NCBI GenBank assembly: GCA_003990765.1 | Contig: RBNJ01000003.1 | Location: 1-64,000 of the forward strand | Origin: Jimgerdemannia flammicorona | Lineage: Eukaryota | Length of the DNA: 64,000 nucleotides | Direction: 5' to 3' | Shown: positions 13,860 through 25,921 of the stretch, piece by piece | How positions within the stretch are numbered: the stretch's first letter is position 1 | How the letters are laid out: the number at the start of each line of letters is the position of its first letter | Position numbers and translations under genes: made by a program | The notes under the pieces: model-generated | What the model was told of the DNA's origin: nothing | Seen by the model: the letters and a program-made list of their open reading frames with translations, nothing else | Databases searched by the model: none

Positions 13860-14000
13860 TTATAAAGAAGTGAGGGGTGGTTCCCCCAGGAGAATTGGTT
13901 AGGGGGTATTTCTATAATATATTCAGATTAGACTGGTTTGGTAATAAATGTAGAAGTCTGAGTAACTATAAAAAAAATAAAATAAAAAAAAAATAAAAAA
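13860..14000 (+). mobile_element. Short LINE 3' end with decayed poly(A) tail
   Basis: GTAATAAATGTAGAAGTCTGAGTAACTATA followed by an A-rich tail; nearly the same terminus occurs at 50222-50277. Confidence 0.65.
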
Positions 14001-14299
14001 TGATGAGAGCCTTAGTATAAGTCTAACTAGCTGAGAGGAGGTTTAAACCACACTAATGACTCCACTTCAGAGGGGTTAGTAGTACTTTATCTCTAGTAGA
14101 CCTCTTAATAAAATACTCTCTAGTCAGAGGTTATTGCTGTTAATAATTCAAGAGTAGCAACTCACAGATGATCAAATATTCTTCTTTTACTAGCTATAGT
14201 ATTTAATTATTTCTTTTATATTATTCTATATATTGATATATTCTGGATAATTATTAGTCTATTTTTCACTAGATCTTCTTTTTCTACATTAATTGGTTT

Positions 14300-15100
14300 A
14301 GAAGTTCAAACTATAGTTTCCTCCTTTATTAAGAGTCAGAGTATCTATATACTCCTATAGTGCTTCTTATATATTTTTCTAAGTTTCTTCCTTTTCTCAA
14401 ATTATATCATATATGGAGTAGTCTTTTTACTTGATTGAAAAAACTATTTTACTGTTTTCATATATCAGCTAATCTTGTAATTTAAGATTTCATCAATCTT
14501 AAATTCTTTATAATTATTAAACCTAACTAGGAGTTGGGGTGGTACTATATACTTTGAAAAAGAGTTTTTATGAAAGTTCACTAGTTAACTAATATGAAAT
14601 ACTAGATACATAGATATTATAAGAAAGCTCTAGTTTGTAGTTAACATTACTAAATTTTTCCAGAATTCAGCATAGTTCAATCCTTCTAGTTCAAAACTTC
14701 CTTAGTAGTTACTATACTAAGATATCTAGATATAAGTAGTCTGTTCTAATCATAACTTAGTTGCAAATATTATAAGAGACCTATCTTTACTTCTAGTTAA
14801 CATACTTGGTCTAATAGTTGTATACTTCTATTAAGACATCTTGAGACATTTATATAAGATCAGAGATAGTCTTAGCTAAGTTCTGTACTGCTGGAACCAT
14901 TGATTTCATAGTTATAATTTATGATCCTCAACTTCAGAATAAATGTAGACATTAATTTCTAAGAGAGAAAGAATATAATAGAATAAGTAAACAGATGAGA
15001 TATAATAATGAAGTAGAAGACATAAGAAGTGACTATATGATCTGATAAAAATATTATAATCAAGTATAGTATATGACAAACAATATAAATACCTCAAATA
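14300..15100 (-). pseudogene. Chromovirus integrase C-terminus with chromodomain remnant
   Basis: ILEKFSNVNYKLEL...VFHIS (~14590-14665), then FKIDEILNYKIS and a decayed W-E-x-E-E-N-L (~14340-14505). Confidence 0.65.
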
Positions 15101-15109
15101 CATACAACT

Positions 15110-16890
15110 AGTATCTAGCCAGCTCCATCCAAACTACTAAGACTCACTCAAAGTTGAGCTACTCATTATCAATATAATCCACCAGTTGCTCTCATAAATT
15201 ATTCCACCAGCCTCTCTTGCCATCCTCTCTTCTCACCACTTTTAGATAATTCTTAACTACTATTCAGAAGTTATCAGGAATCTTGTACTCTCTCAGCCAA
15301 TGTTCAGACATCTGTACAAGCTCCCCTTCTACCCTATATAATAGTACTTCTTATAATCAAAGTGTCCACTATCTACCAAGTGACTTAACTGAAGGGTCAG
15401 CATGATATTGCTCCTCAATAAATATTACTACACTACTCAGTACTTTGAAGAAAGTCACTATTGTACTTCAGTACTCCAGGATCAGATATCTGTCCAGTCT
15501 CACTACTCTACTCCAGTACTAATATCAAAGTCTACTAGAGAGAAATCCCCCAATAGTAACTGATCCTATCTCTATATCACTGGACTCTAATCAATCTCCC
15601 CCTCAATATCTGCTAGTATAGTCTAATATGATAGAAACTATCAGCCACTCTTTACTAGAAGTCCTTACACTACAAGCACTTACTACTATTTAGTTCAACC
15701 AATGACAACAGATTATCCAACAAGCCTCTGGGGAAAAACCTCCTCTCTCAGATCTTCTGTATCAGTAGCACCCACTCACTACTCTGTAGTTCAATATTCT
15801 GCTTCAACCACATAATACAACCTTTTAGAGAAGTTCATCAGACTAATATCACTTCTATTTACTAATATAGCTAAATTCTTCTCTCTTAGCTGATACTAAC
15901 TTCTAGCCCAGATCCAGTTCTTAGTCAATTTCAATAATCTCTTCATGACCTAGGTCAGAATAGTGGTAAGCCAGATATCATAGCTTTAGTAATTAGTAAA
16001 CATTTAGAATTAATATCTGTCTAGCCAGAGAGATATAGAACTTTCTCAGCTCTGAAGGTCTGCCCCCCAATTAGCAACCTTTCTCTTCTACCAAACTCTA
16101 GACAAAACAGATCTATATACTAACAAGAAGATAACCAGATATCTCATGGCTTCTCTTATAGTAACAATTGCCAATAATGTCTCCATCCACTAGTCTATTC
16201 TCCAATACTATTATCTTACACATATTCCAGTTAAGCTTTGCTCCAGAATATTTCTCATATTATTCTACCATTTCTCACAATATCTCAACATTAGTAACTA
16301 AGCCAAGACCAACTATTATATCATCTGCAAAGATACTAACCCTCTACACCATTCCAAAAACTGAGAGTCTAATCACCCTATAGCAAATTCTATTCATCAA
16401 TAGCTCCAATGACAGAGTATATAGAATATAGGACAATGGGTCTTTCTGAGAAATGCTCCTTCTCAATAAAAATATTATACTATAATGACCATTATATATA
16501 AGGGCCACCTGACTACCCTCTAGTAGACTAATTATTGAAACTCTAAACTGCTGAGAAATACTCATTCTTTCCATCATCTTTTCTAGCCAAACTCTTTAAA
16601 CCTGATTATAGACCTTCTTCTGATCCAGAAAGACCAATCACCCATTCAACTTACTTACTCTCACTCTCTCAATTGCACTATATACCCAAGCTATCCCATC
16701 TCTAATAAGTCTGTCTCTTAATAAAGTCTTATTTCTTCTCACTTAGTATCTGTTAGATCACTCTCAAGAATTACCTTTGTGACCAGCTTTCTGTTTATAT
16801 CTAGAAGTTTGATTGGTTACCAGTTCTTCTAATCCTCTCTCCTGTCCTTATCCTTAAACAGCAGGACCACCAGACTAAGTTTCTGCTCCT
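15110..16890 (-). mobile_element. Second decayed L1/Tx1-like LINE RT fragment
   Basis: ORF 16344-16577 (ISQKDPLSYILY), FADD at ~16320-16331, and clear similarity to the RT region at 1780-2620. Confidence 0.85.
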
Positions 16891-18864
16891 AATATATTAT
16901 CTAATAATCTATATTATAGAAATTCTAATTAAAAAGGTCATGATTACAAAGATCATCTATAGTTACTAAATTAGGCACTTGTACTTAATCAGAAATTGTA
17001 AACTAACTTGTATAAATATCCTCAGTATTCTATCTGAAATCAAGTAGTTATAGTTTAGTTCTTGATATAAGAATCAAGTCTCTCCTCTATATACATAAAT
17101 TCTTCTGAGTTTTAGTAATGATACCTAAGTATCTCTAGTGCTTTTAACTAAACTCTAGGAGTCTAACTATGTAACATTTACCAGAACTAAACACTGGTAT
17201 ATAAATCTAAAGACTTAACAGAACTCCTTATTAAATCTGAATTTCAAGATAATTTTAGTTTATATATAAATAAATAATAAGTCTCTTATAACTACAGTTA
17301 TCAAAGAAAGGGTATTGCTACTATAACTACTTTTAAGTAGATACTTCCTCATACTGAAGACTTCTTGATATACTTATATATTAAGTCTCTAAGTAATATC
17401 TTGTTTTTCTAATTATCCAAGAATAAGAGAGGGATTGAAATAAGTATTATTACATAAATCCTTAGATCATTTCCATCTTCAGATTCTTCTTCTTTCTCAA
17501 TAGTAGATTCTTTATAACTAGTATATTCTTTCTAGATAGTAATCTTCTTCTTCTTTAATTACTCATATCCAATTATATTAATTTAGTACTTCTTTTTCCT
17601 ATTGTAAAATTTGAGCACCTATTGGCCAATATTATTAACTGCATTTATTTCTTTTATCTTTTAGTACTAAGAATTATATTATGGGTGACAGCCTGAGTAA
17701 TAATAGCCTTCAGAATAGAGAACTAGAGATAATGGTAATATTTTGTACTTCTCTTAGGCATTGAGTTTAGGCTCTATCTACTACTATGATGCTGAGATTG
17801 AATAGCCTATTAATGGGCTACTAGAGGGTATCATGGATCTTTTAGTAATAATACATATAGTTTCTCCTATGTAAATGAGAATTTTTATCTTCTGTTCTTC
17901 AATATCTTAATGTAGATATATTCTGATGTCTTTCAGCAGTCTAGATAGTAGTTGGTTCAGGTTTTTGTTATGGAATTGAAACTCAGATAGTACTGAGATA
18001 TGGTAGTTCCTATAATTTGTTTTAAACTCCTGCAGATATCAGTTATAAGATTTTCAGGAGAGAGACTTCTATCTTGGTTTCCTGAATCTTTTTTCAGACT
18101 TTATTATAGATATCTTAAGACATAGTTATTGGTATAAACTTTTTCTTAGTTTTAGAATTTTTAGTTTTATTCTTTTAGCTTCATTCTTTATCTTCAGATA
18201 AAAGTTTTTTTCATAAGTTGTAGTTTTGAGAAAAAAAGATGAAAGAGACCAGAGAGATATTTCAACCTACTCTTCCTCATCTACTTCAACTTTCTTCTAA
18301 ATAGTTCTTCTGTCTACTCTTCTAGATGGTCTTCCTACTGGTCTTTTGCTTTTCTCAATAAAGTAGGGTGTCTTTTTGGAGATAATCTTAGTTGAGTATA
18401 AGTTCAGATCACTGTAGTATTTACTATTACTTACATCATAGTCTTCTATAGGATGGGCTTTAGTCTTTTGTACTAGGTGGCATTCTTTTGATTTAGTAGT
18501 TCTGAGTATTTTTTATTACTTTTCTATTATTACATTCTATAGTATAGTGTTCAAACTATCTATAGTAAAAGTATTTTATTTTGGCTCTATCTTACTTCTC
18601 TCTTTTTGTGACTAATAGCTCCTATTGTCTTTTGGTAGATAGTCTTGGTTTTTTAGTAGTATATACCCTCTGTTATCTTCTGGATAGCTCTAATTTTCCC
18701 ATATGATAAGTTTTTTAATTTGTCCATCAGTTAGTCTACTTTAGAGCTAAGGTCTTGAATTTTATTTCTTCTCTTTCTCTATACTTTTGTAGGCTTCTTT
18801 TTTCTTAGGTTTTCTTAGAGAATTTCTTAGAGGATCTTGACCAAGAGGTCTTCTTTATCTTCTT
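16890..18864 (-). mobile_element. Gypsy D, left part (gag C-terminus, protease, Cys-rich region); heavily decayed relative of B/C
   Basis: Colinear with B ~29500-31720, e.g. 18838-18864 matches B 31696-31722. Confidence 0.75.
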
Positions 18865-18989
18865 TATTAGGATGGCAACTCAATATATCAATATATAATT
18901 AGTGATTTCATCAGTCTTATGTTATACATCAGTAATATGTGAAATAAGCATTCTATATAGGTATAATAAAAACACTCCTCTTTCTAATA
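18865..18989 (+). repeat. Copia F 5' LTR
   Basis: Similar to 36281-36404; followed by the decayed PBS GATTATAAGCTC. Confidence 0.78.
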
Positions 18990-21046
18990 AAGATTATAAG
19001 CTCTACTAGCATTAAGTAGCTATAGCATATATACCTTATAAATATATACTACACAATTATATATACTAGAAATATTAAGTAATAAATAACCTAGAAATAT
19101 GGATATGCTAATTGGAAGTATTCTGATAACAGGAGCAGTCTCTATTGTAAGTATAAATACAGCCAAGAGATCCATCCTGATCTTCAATGGAAAAGATTAT
19201 ACTATCTAGACATTTTATATGATGAATCTCCTTGATGAATGCGGCTTGGGAGAGTATATATAACCACAGATTCAAGATTTACAATCTCAGAAATGATCAC
19301 TAAGCATTATACAAGATTATATTCATATTTTCAAATTTACAAACAAGCTCATAATATATGCAAATATGGCCAATGAGATATAGGAAGCTCTACACAATTA
19401 TTATATACAAGTATCTATATCAAATAGATTCTATCCTATTCAATCTTCAAATGAAGCCCAAGAAGAGTATTTACAAATATATCAGTCATATTAACAATCT
19501 GGTGAATTAAGTAAATTCTCTCAGTATATTTATAGATTATATTGGCAATAAAGATAAGGTTATTATACTCACATGGAGACTTCTGGATATGTATAATATT
19601 ATCATTATAGTCATATATGAGAGCAGCAGCCTTTCAGACTATGCCCACATGATAACAAGTCTCATGAATGAGGAAATACATATACTAAGGAAATAGTGCT
19701 GAAGACAATGATAATGAAATGGCATTTTATGGGTTCTGTGGACATAGTACCAAATAAGATCAAAGGTGCAGTCAATAAAGCCAATGAACTCAAATCCAAG
19801 CTCAACAATATAACAACCAATCAACTAAGTATGATGGTTATTATGAATACTGCAGCAAGTATGGACATAGAAAGCACCAATGTTATCACTGATAGAATAA
19901 TAAGGAGAGCAGTGAAAACAAGCATTAAAAAAGCCAGCATTGGTAATATAGATATGAGAACTATTTAGAAAAGTATGGTAATACAAATACTACAGAAACT
20001 GATAACAGCAGTAATCTATTTTTTGTACAAGTACCAGCTCTACTACCAATTCTATCAGCATGAGATCAATATTTACAAAACCTAGTTAGAAGGATGACAA
20101 TTTTGGACCAAAAAGTCCTACTAATTCTACCAGTAGTGCCAGTTCTGCCAATATAAGATCTATTACTAAATCTACCAACTTATCATCCATAAGCACCAGT
20201 CAGCCAAATACTTTGAACTGATGAAAAGTGGTAATAACATTAGTACCACCAGTAGTACAGATAGAAAAATCACCAATTATATGCCTAGTTATATATATAG
20301 AAAATACACCAATATAGCTAATAACAATAATGTCTAGTAATGAATTCTAGAGCTATATAATATATAATACCATACAGAAAATGGTTCTCCATATATCAAC
20401 TATTTGAGCATCCTGTATACATCAAGTTGGGAGATAATAATATCATCTATACTCAAGAAAAGGAAATTATTGATATACATCTCTACAGAAATATCATTGA
20501 GCTTGCTGCTACTCTTGTAGATGTACTATATACTCTAGAGATAGGAAAGAACCTCTTCTCTATAGACAAAATGATGATGTATAGTAACAAAGGGATATAT
20601 ATATATTCAAAAAATATAATAGTATATGATTCATATAATAATAAGAAGTTAATGACAGTCCCAAAATGTGGCAATCTTTACTCAATTAATAGGATATTGA
20701 GTAGTATGAAAGTCTCTGCATACATGACTACTATATCTGACATATCCAATATTTGGCATCAATGCTTAGGACAAATTGGCAAGATAAGTCTCAAATATAT
20801 GATAAGAAGTAGATCTATCAATAGATTACTGGTATATATACATATATATACATGGTAATTTCTTCTACAAGGATTATGCAGTAAATAAAACATTCCAGCA
20901 AATATTCAAAGAATGATTAAAGTATATATCTGTGATTCTTGACCTTATATATATGGATATATATGGGCCAATTCATATTCTGTCATACACCAGTAAGTGG
21001 TATTTTCTCACATTCATTGAAAATAATATATATAAAGTATATATAT

Positions 21047-23349
21047 TGTGGCGTTGGTTATGTATAATGAACTTCGACTGCATAGCTCAATGTGTGCCAC
21101 TGGTGAAGTGCACGATGGATAACTGAATGCATTGGTGACGTTCGTGGGTTGTTGATCACGTGATCGGCTCATTTGATTCGTGCCGTAATTGATAATAGCG
21201 AGAGATTGTTTGACAATAGTAGCTCAATATTCAGTGGAAAAAGGTGTTGTTGCTAACAGAGGGTGGTTACTTGGGTATGCTGGTGGCGATAGACCTTATC
21301 AGAATATGCGGTCGATTTGAAGCAGGCGACGGTCTTGACTTTAAGAGGTTCGTGGTGCAGTAGGTCGGGAAAATGGAGGTTGATGGCTTGCTCATCCATC
21401 TTGGTTAATCTTGAAAGGTTCCTGGCAGTCGTTCGGGTCTTTGGTAGTGGGTCAGTCTTTGGCGGTCTAGTATCCTTTGGCTGGGTATCCTTGGGTTCTT
21501 TAGCTATATTGCCAGGGTCTTGAATCCCGAATGGTGGTCTGAATGCACAGTGGTCGTGGTCTTGAATCCTTGGCTGGGTCTCGGATCTCGAATGGCGGCA
21601 GTCAAATAGTGGCAGTCGGGTAACATTTTCTTTCCATGGCAAGAGAAAATTCTTTAACTCAAACTTCCGAGTGATCTATTGCTCTAGGTTGTTATCTTGT
21701 TCTCAGAATTTATCCAGTCTCTTGGAGGCAGTGGTTATTTCTCAAAACCAGTTGACTGAGGTTTATTCACTCTAAGAATATGGGTTATTTATACAAGTTT
21801 GCTAGCTATGGGGGAGGGGGCACAACTAAGGCTAAGGTATACTACGTTGTGGCAAACTTCGCTATGCTATTGGCTTGTATGATGCGAGGTGCAGGCTATT
21901 GTTTACTATGGATTGGGTTATAGGGGATAGCAATGCTGGATTCGGATGAGCTGACAGGAATGCTGATTGTTGCCAGAAATGGTTGTGGAGGGTAGCAATG
22001 CTGAAAATGGGTGTTGCTGACTTGCTGACAAAATGCTGAAAACGGTGGTACTGGGTAGCAACCCTGGAAACAGACGAGCTAACATGATATGATGATTGTT
22101 GCCAGAAACGGTTGTGGAGGGTGGCAATGCTAAATTCGGACCTGCTGACAAAAATGCTGAGTTCTCACGGCTGATGGGTGGTACTCTAGAGGAAATAGTA
22201 CCCTTCGTCTGCAGTGGGCAAATCTTGCTGGGTTGCGATTTCTTCTTCATCATATCTCTCCTCAAAGGGGGGAAGTGCCGGCCAAGAGGTGAGGGGGTAG
22301 AAAAGTGGCCAGTCATCTTCAACAACATTTTCCAATCCCTGAACTGCTTGAATGCAGACAGAGGACTGGTAGACTCTCTGTTGCTCCTCTTCTTCTTCTG
22401 AAGACTCGTCAGTTTCAGTGTTAGAGGGGGTTTCTTCAGGGGCAGGGCCTTGGAGTTCTTGGGCTTCTTCTTGATTCGGTTCCCAAGTGATGAGATGTGA
22501 ATTGTGGCTGACAAGGTGGTGGGTGGTTGGGGTAGCTCCAACGGGTGCTTCTATAGTAATGGGTGATCCTTCAAATATCTCCATAAGACTCATTAGGTGA
22601 CCTTGATGGTTGTCTCGGAGTGGAGTGGTGTGGAAACCTGGCTGAGTAGGTTCAGTTTGTTGGCTTCCTACAGTGATGCAGTTGCTGCCAATAGTGTTGG
22701 CTACTTCAGATTCTATCCAGTCAGCATCTTCAGTTGAAAGGCGGGAGAGGCTGCCAGCTGTTACTCCTTGCAAGTGTGCTATAGCTCAGGGAATATGGTG
22801 AAAGATTTGGTGGACACGAAGGGCTCTCTTGATTAGCCAGCTGGTGGTTAACATTTTGGCAATGAGGTCTTCCTGGTCATCTTCTTGAGTCTCATTGCGA
22901 AGGTGGTGTCCGATTTCGTAGTCATGCCAGAGGGTCATTTGTTCAGTAGAGTCTTTGAGCTGTTGGGTCATTATATACTGGTAGTTGATGAAGTGTCCAA
23001 GGTCCTCGGTGTAGAAGTTCAAGTGTTTGGAAGTATCAGGATGCCAGATGGCCTTCTTGATAGCTTCAAAGATCAGGGTCTTTGGGCCAGGCAAAGGGGT
23101 AGAGTGGCGGGAGGTCTGGTTGGATTGGCGAATGGGAGGTATTGTGTAGTGGGTACTTGGTTCTTTGGTGCCGATCCCTGAGGTAGAGTATGGTTCCTTA
23201 AATAATGTGGTCTTCATTTTGGCTTGGATCATCTTGTCTTCTTTTGGGATGATCACCTAATAGGTCAGGCTGTCTATTTGATTGTCACGCCATTATGTTG
23301 TCTAATCTTAGCAGTCACTGGTACTCCATTGTCAATTGCGTATGTCATA
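21047..23349 (-). mobile_element. 2.3-kb solo LTR of a related Gypsy family, inserted in Copia F integrase
   Basis: TGTGG...TGTCATA termini with ATAT on both sides. The Copia integrase sequence resumes after removal. Carries the family TATA/AATAAA block (GAGGTTTATTCACTCT...TTATACAAG, ~21758-21797). No gag/pol. Confidence 0.8.
22186..23256 (-). pseudogene. ~357-codon ORF of unknown function inside the solo-LTR U3, with one internal TGA
   Basis: ORFs 22786-23256 and 22186-22773 are in the same frame, separated by a single TGA (probable CGA deamination); homologous by eye to ORF3 of B/C. Confidence 0.72.
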
Positions 23350-24099
23350 ATATATATATCTTTAATCAGTGAAAAGTAAAGTATTGGACAAATTCAAAGA
23401 ACTTAAAGCAATTACTGAGAATGAGACAGAATATAGAATATATGCTATATGATTAGATAATAAATACAAATATATCAATTATATATTTAAGCAGTTTCTG
23501 ACAAAATATGGTATAATCTATTAAATGATGGTTCCCTATATATCTCAGCAGAATGGTATATCTGAGCAATTTAATTATACATACATATAAATAACATGTA
23601 TGACAATCAATACTGCCAGACTATTTTATTCTTATTGAGCTGAAGCAATAAAAACTGTGGCATATATATGCAATTGATATAAATCTCAATCACTAAGCAA
23701 GATTTCCAGCAAAATAAATATTCCAGATATGATAATCTTATATCTGAAGAATTATAGAGTGGATCTAAGCTAGATGTATCACATCTATACATATTTGACT
23801 ATAAGACATATATTCTTAATAAAAGCAATATTATCTAAGATAAGTTCTAATCCAAGGCAAGCAAGAATATATTTCTTGAGTATCCTGGCAAAGCATATTG
23901 ATAATGGGATCCATACAAGTAGTATATAGTCATTTTATATAATATATAGTTCAGAGAAAAAGAAAATAGCTTGGAACTGTATATAGAGGTACCAGTTGAA
24001 ACCTCTACATCTATATCTCAGTTAGTATAAATATAGCAACCAGTGTAACTATCATCCACCTCTCTCGCAGTCAATCAAAATTATTTTCAACCACTATAT

Positions 24100-25366
24100 T
24101 GTAATGTACCTAACTCAATAGAGGCAAATTACAAGGTTGGGGGTTGATGTAGTTTGGCTTGAGCCCCCAGTTACTTTGTCAAAAAGCAAAAAATTTTCAA
24201 ATATTTCTGAGGTCCTTGTTGGTGTTTAGTAGTATAATAGTTAAAACTAGATCTCTGTAAGAAATTTCCTTATTGGGACAGTTCTCTGGGTATAGTAGTG
24301 ATTTGTATGAAATGTATTTTCTTCTTGGATCAACTGGGAATTGGTAGAAATTCATATATAGTATAATCTCCTAAAGTATGTGATTTCTGGGTGACAAATT
24401 CTTGTGTAGTATGATGATCTTGTGTGTGACAGTCTAGCAATTTAGTGGTTTCTTCTTCTTAGATAGCAGGCAATCTCTATATAGTGCAATGATCTTCTTA
24501 CTGGAAATAATACTGGTAGTGGGTAACTCAACAACTCAGGCTCACTGGGAACAACATATAACTTAGATGTCACATAACTTATATAACTTAGATGTCATGG
24601 ATTCTTCCTAAATTGGCAGCTTTAACTGGAAATATGAACAACTGGTGGCTTTGGGAAAGGGTCTCTTGGTAAATTTATGTTAAAGACTGGTTTTGTTTGT
24701 ATGATAGATTACTGCAAAGTTGTATCAGAAACTGGCTTGAGCAAGGCAGCTTTCTTTTAGGCTTTCTGGGAATGTGAATAACTTAGAAATAGTAGCAAAG
24801 TTCTTTCTTGAACTTGGGTAGCAAACTTGGATTCTTTAGACTAAGTCTGGCAAGTATACTAATAATTCTAAAGGCAGTGAAGTTCTTCACTCAAACTTGG
24901 TAACAAAATCAGCTTTGTATTGAAAAGTGGACTGAAGTGGAAAGGGGACCAATGCTCAATCTTTAGAGGCTTCTTTGGTGTTTGTATTTTGGACTGAGGT
25001 TTATTCACTCTTGTCTATGGGTATTTTTATATAGGTTAGTTTCTATCTGATTGCTATGTGGCTAGCTATAGATTTACTACTTCTGGAAATATTTGGGTAT
25101 ATTCTCTGGGTATCAGTATATCCATAGGACATGAGTGTGTCTGTAGGATATGAGTGTGTCTGCAGAACATGAGTGTGTCCACCAGACACAGGTGTGTCCT
25201 CAGGATTTAGATAAACAACCCTGGTGTGATATCCTGGCTAATTATAAGTATGGTGGGTGTGAGTAACTATGATATACTGGAAGTCATGTTATGCTGGCTA
25301 AATATACTAATTATTCACATCATCTGGCTAAGTTATAATTTAGGTGGTATATTTTGGTTTGTTACA
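24100..25366 (-). repeat. Gypsy B 3' LTR
   Basis: TGTAATG...TGTTACA; direct repeat of 32836-34088. Confidence 0.93.
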
Positions 25367-25405
25367 TCAGCTCTTACTAAAGGATAGTCTGTTCCAGACA
25401 ATTCT

Positions 25406-25921
25406 TTAGTCATTATTCCAATAGGTATAAGCAGCTTCTGCATCTATACATATTCTATCATCTTTATTATCTATACAAGAGTCACTCCATTCTAAAGGCT
25501 CCTCCTCTTCCTTAGAAAATAGAGTCTCAACATAGTAGATGATACTGAGGTAGGTGGGCAGAGTCATTCTTTAGAGATTGTTTAGGGAGAACTGGGCCTG
25601 GATTAGAGCTAAAGGGTTTTGTTTGTAGATTGTATATAATCTTTCTGCAGCAGTAGTATTCCTTCAGTTCAGACCAGTAGTGTTGCAGACATAGGTCAGG
25701 TCTGGGAGGGGGAGATTCTGCAATTGTTCTCCAATTGCATAGTATGTCTACAGCTGGTGGACTTAGAGTAATCTCTTAGCCAGAGTGAGGTTTTCTTGAT
25801 GAACCCAGATTCTCTGAAGGTATGTTCCATTGAGTTCTCTGAACTATAATAAAGGAACTAGTAGGGCTTGAAGGGAACTAAGGACAAGAGTCTGAAGGTA
25901 GTTGTCAATTCTCTGGTTCAT
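25406..25921 (-). pseudogene. Gypsy B accessory ORF3 (~170 codons) between integrase and the 3' LTR
   Basis: ATG at 25921 overlaps the pol end. Reads MNQRIDNYLQ...YYAIGEQLQNLP...AAERLYTIYKQNPLAL... with a few stops; conserved at protein level in C 52518-52948. Confidence 0.72.

Noticed and set aside
21253-21642. 129-aa ORF in the U5 part of the solo LTR
   Set aside because: Low-complexity, with no counterpart in the other LTRs; cannot be supported as coding.
25406-25921. ORF3 as an env gene
   Set aside because: Too short, with no evident signal peptide, furin-site/fusion peptide or transmembrane anchor.
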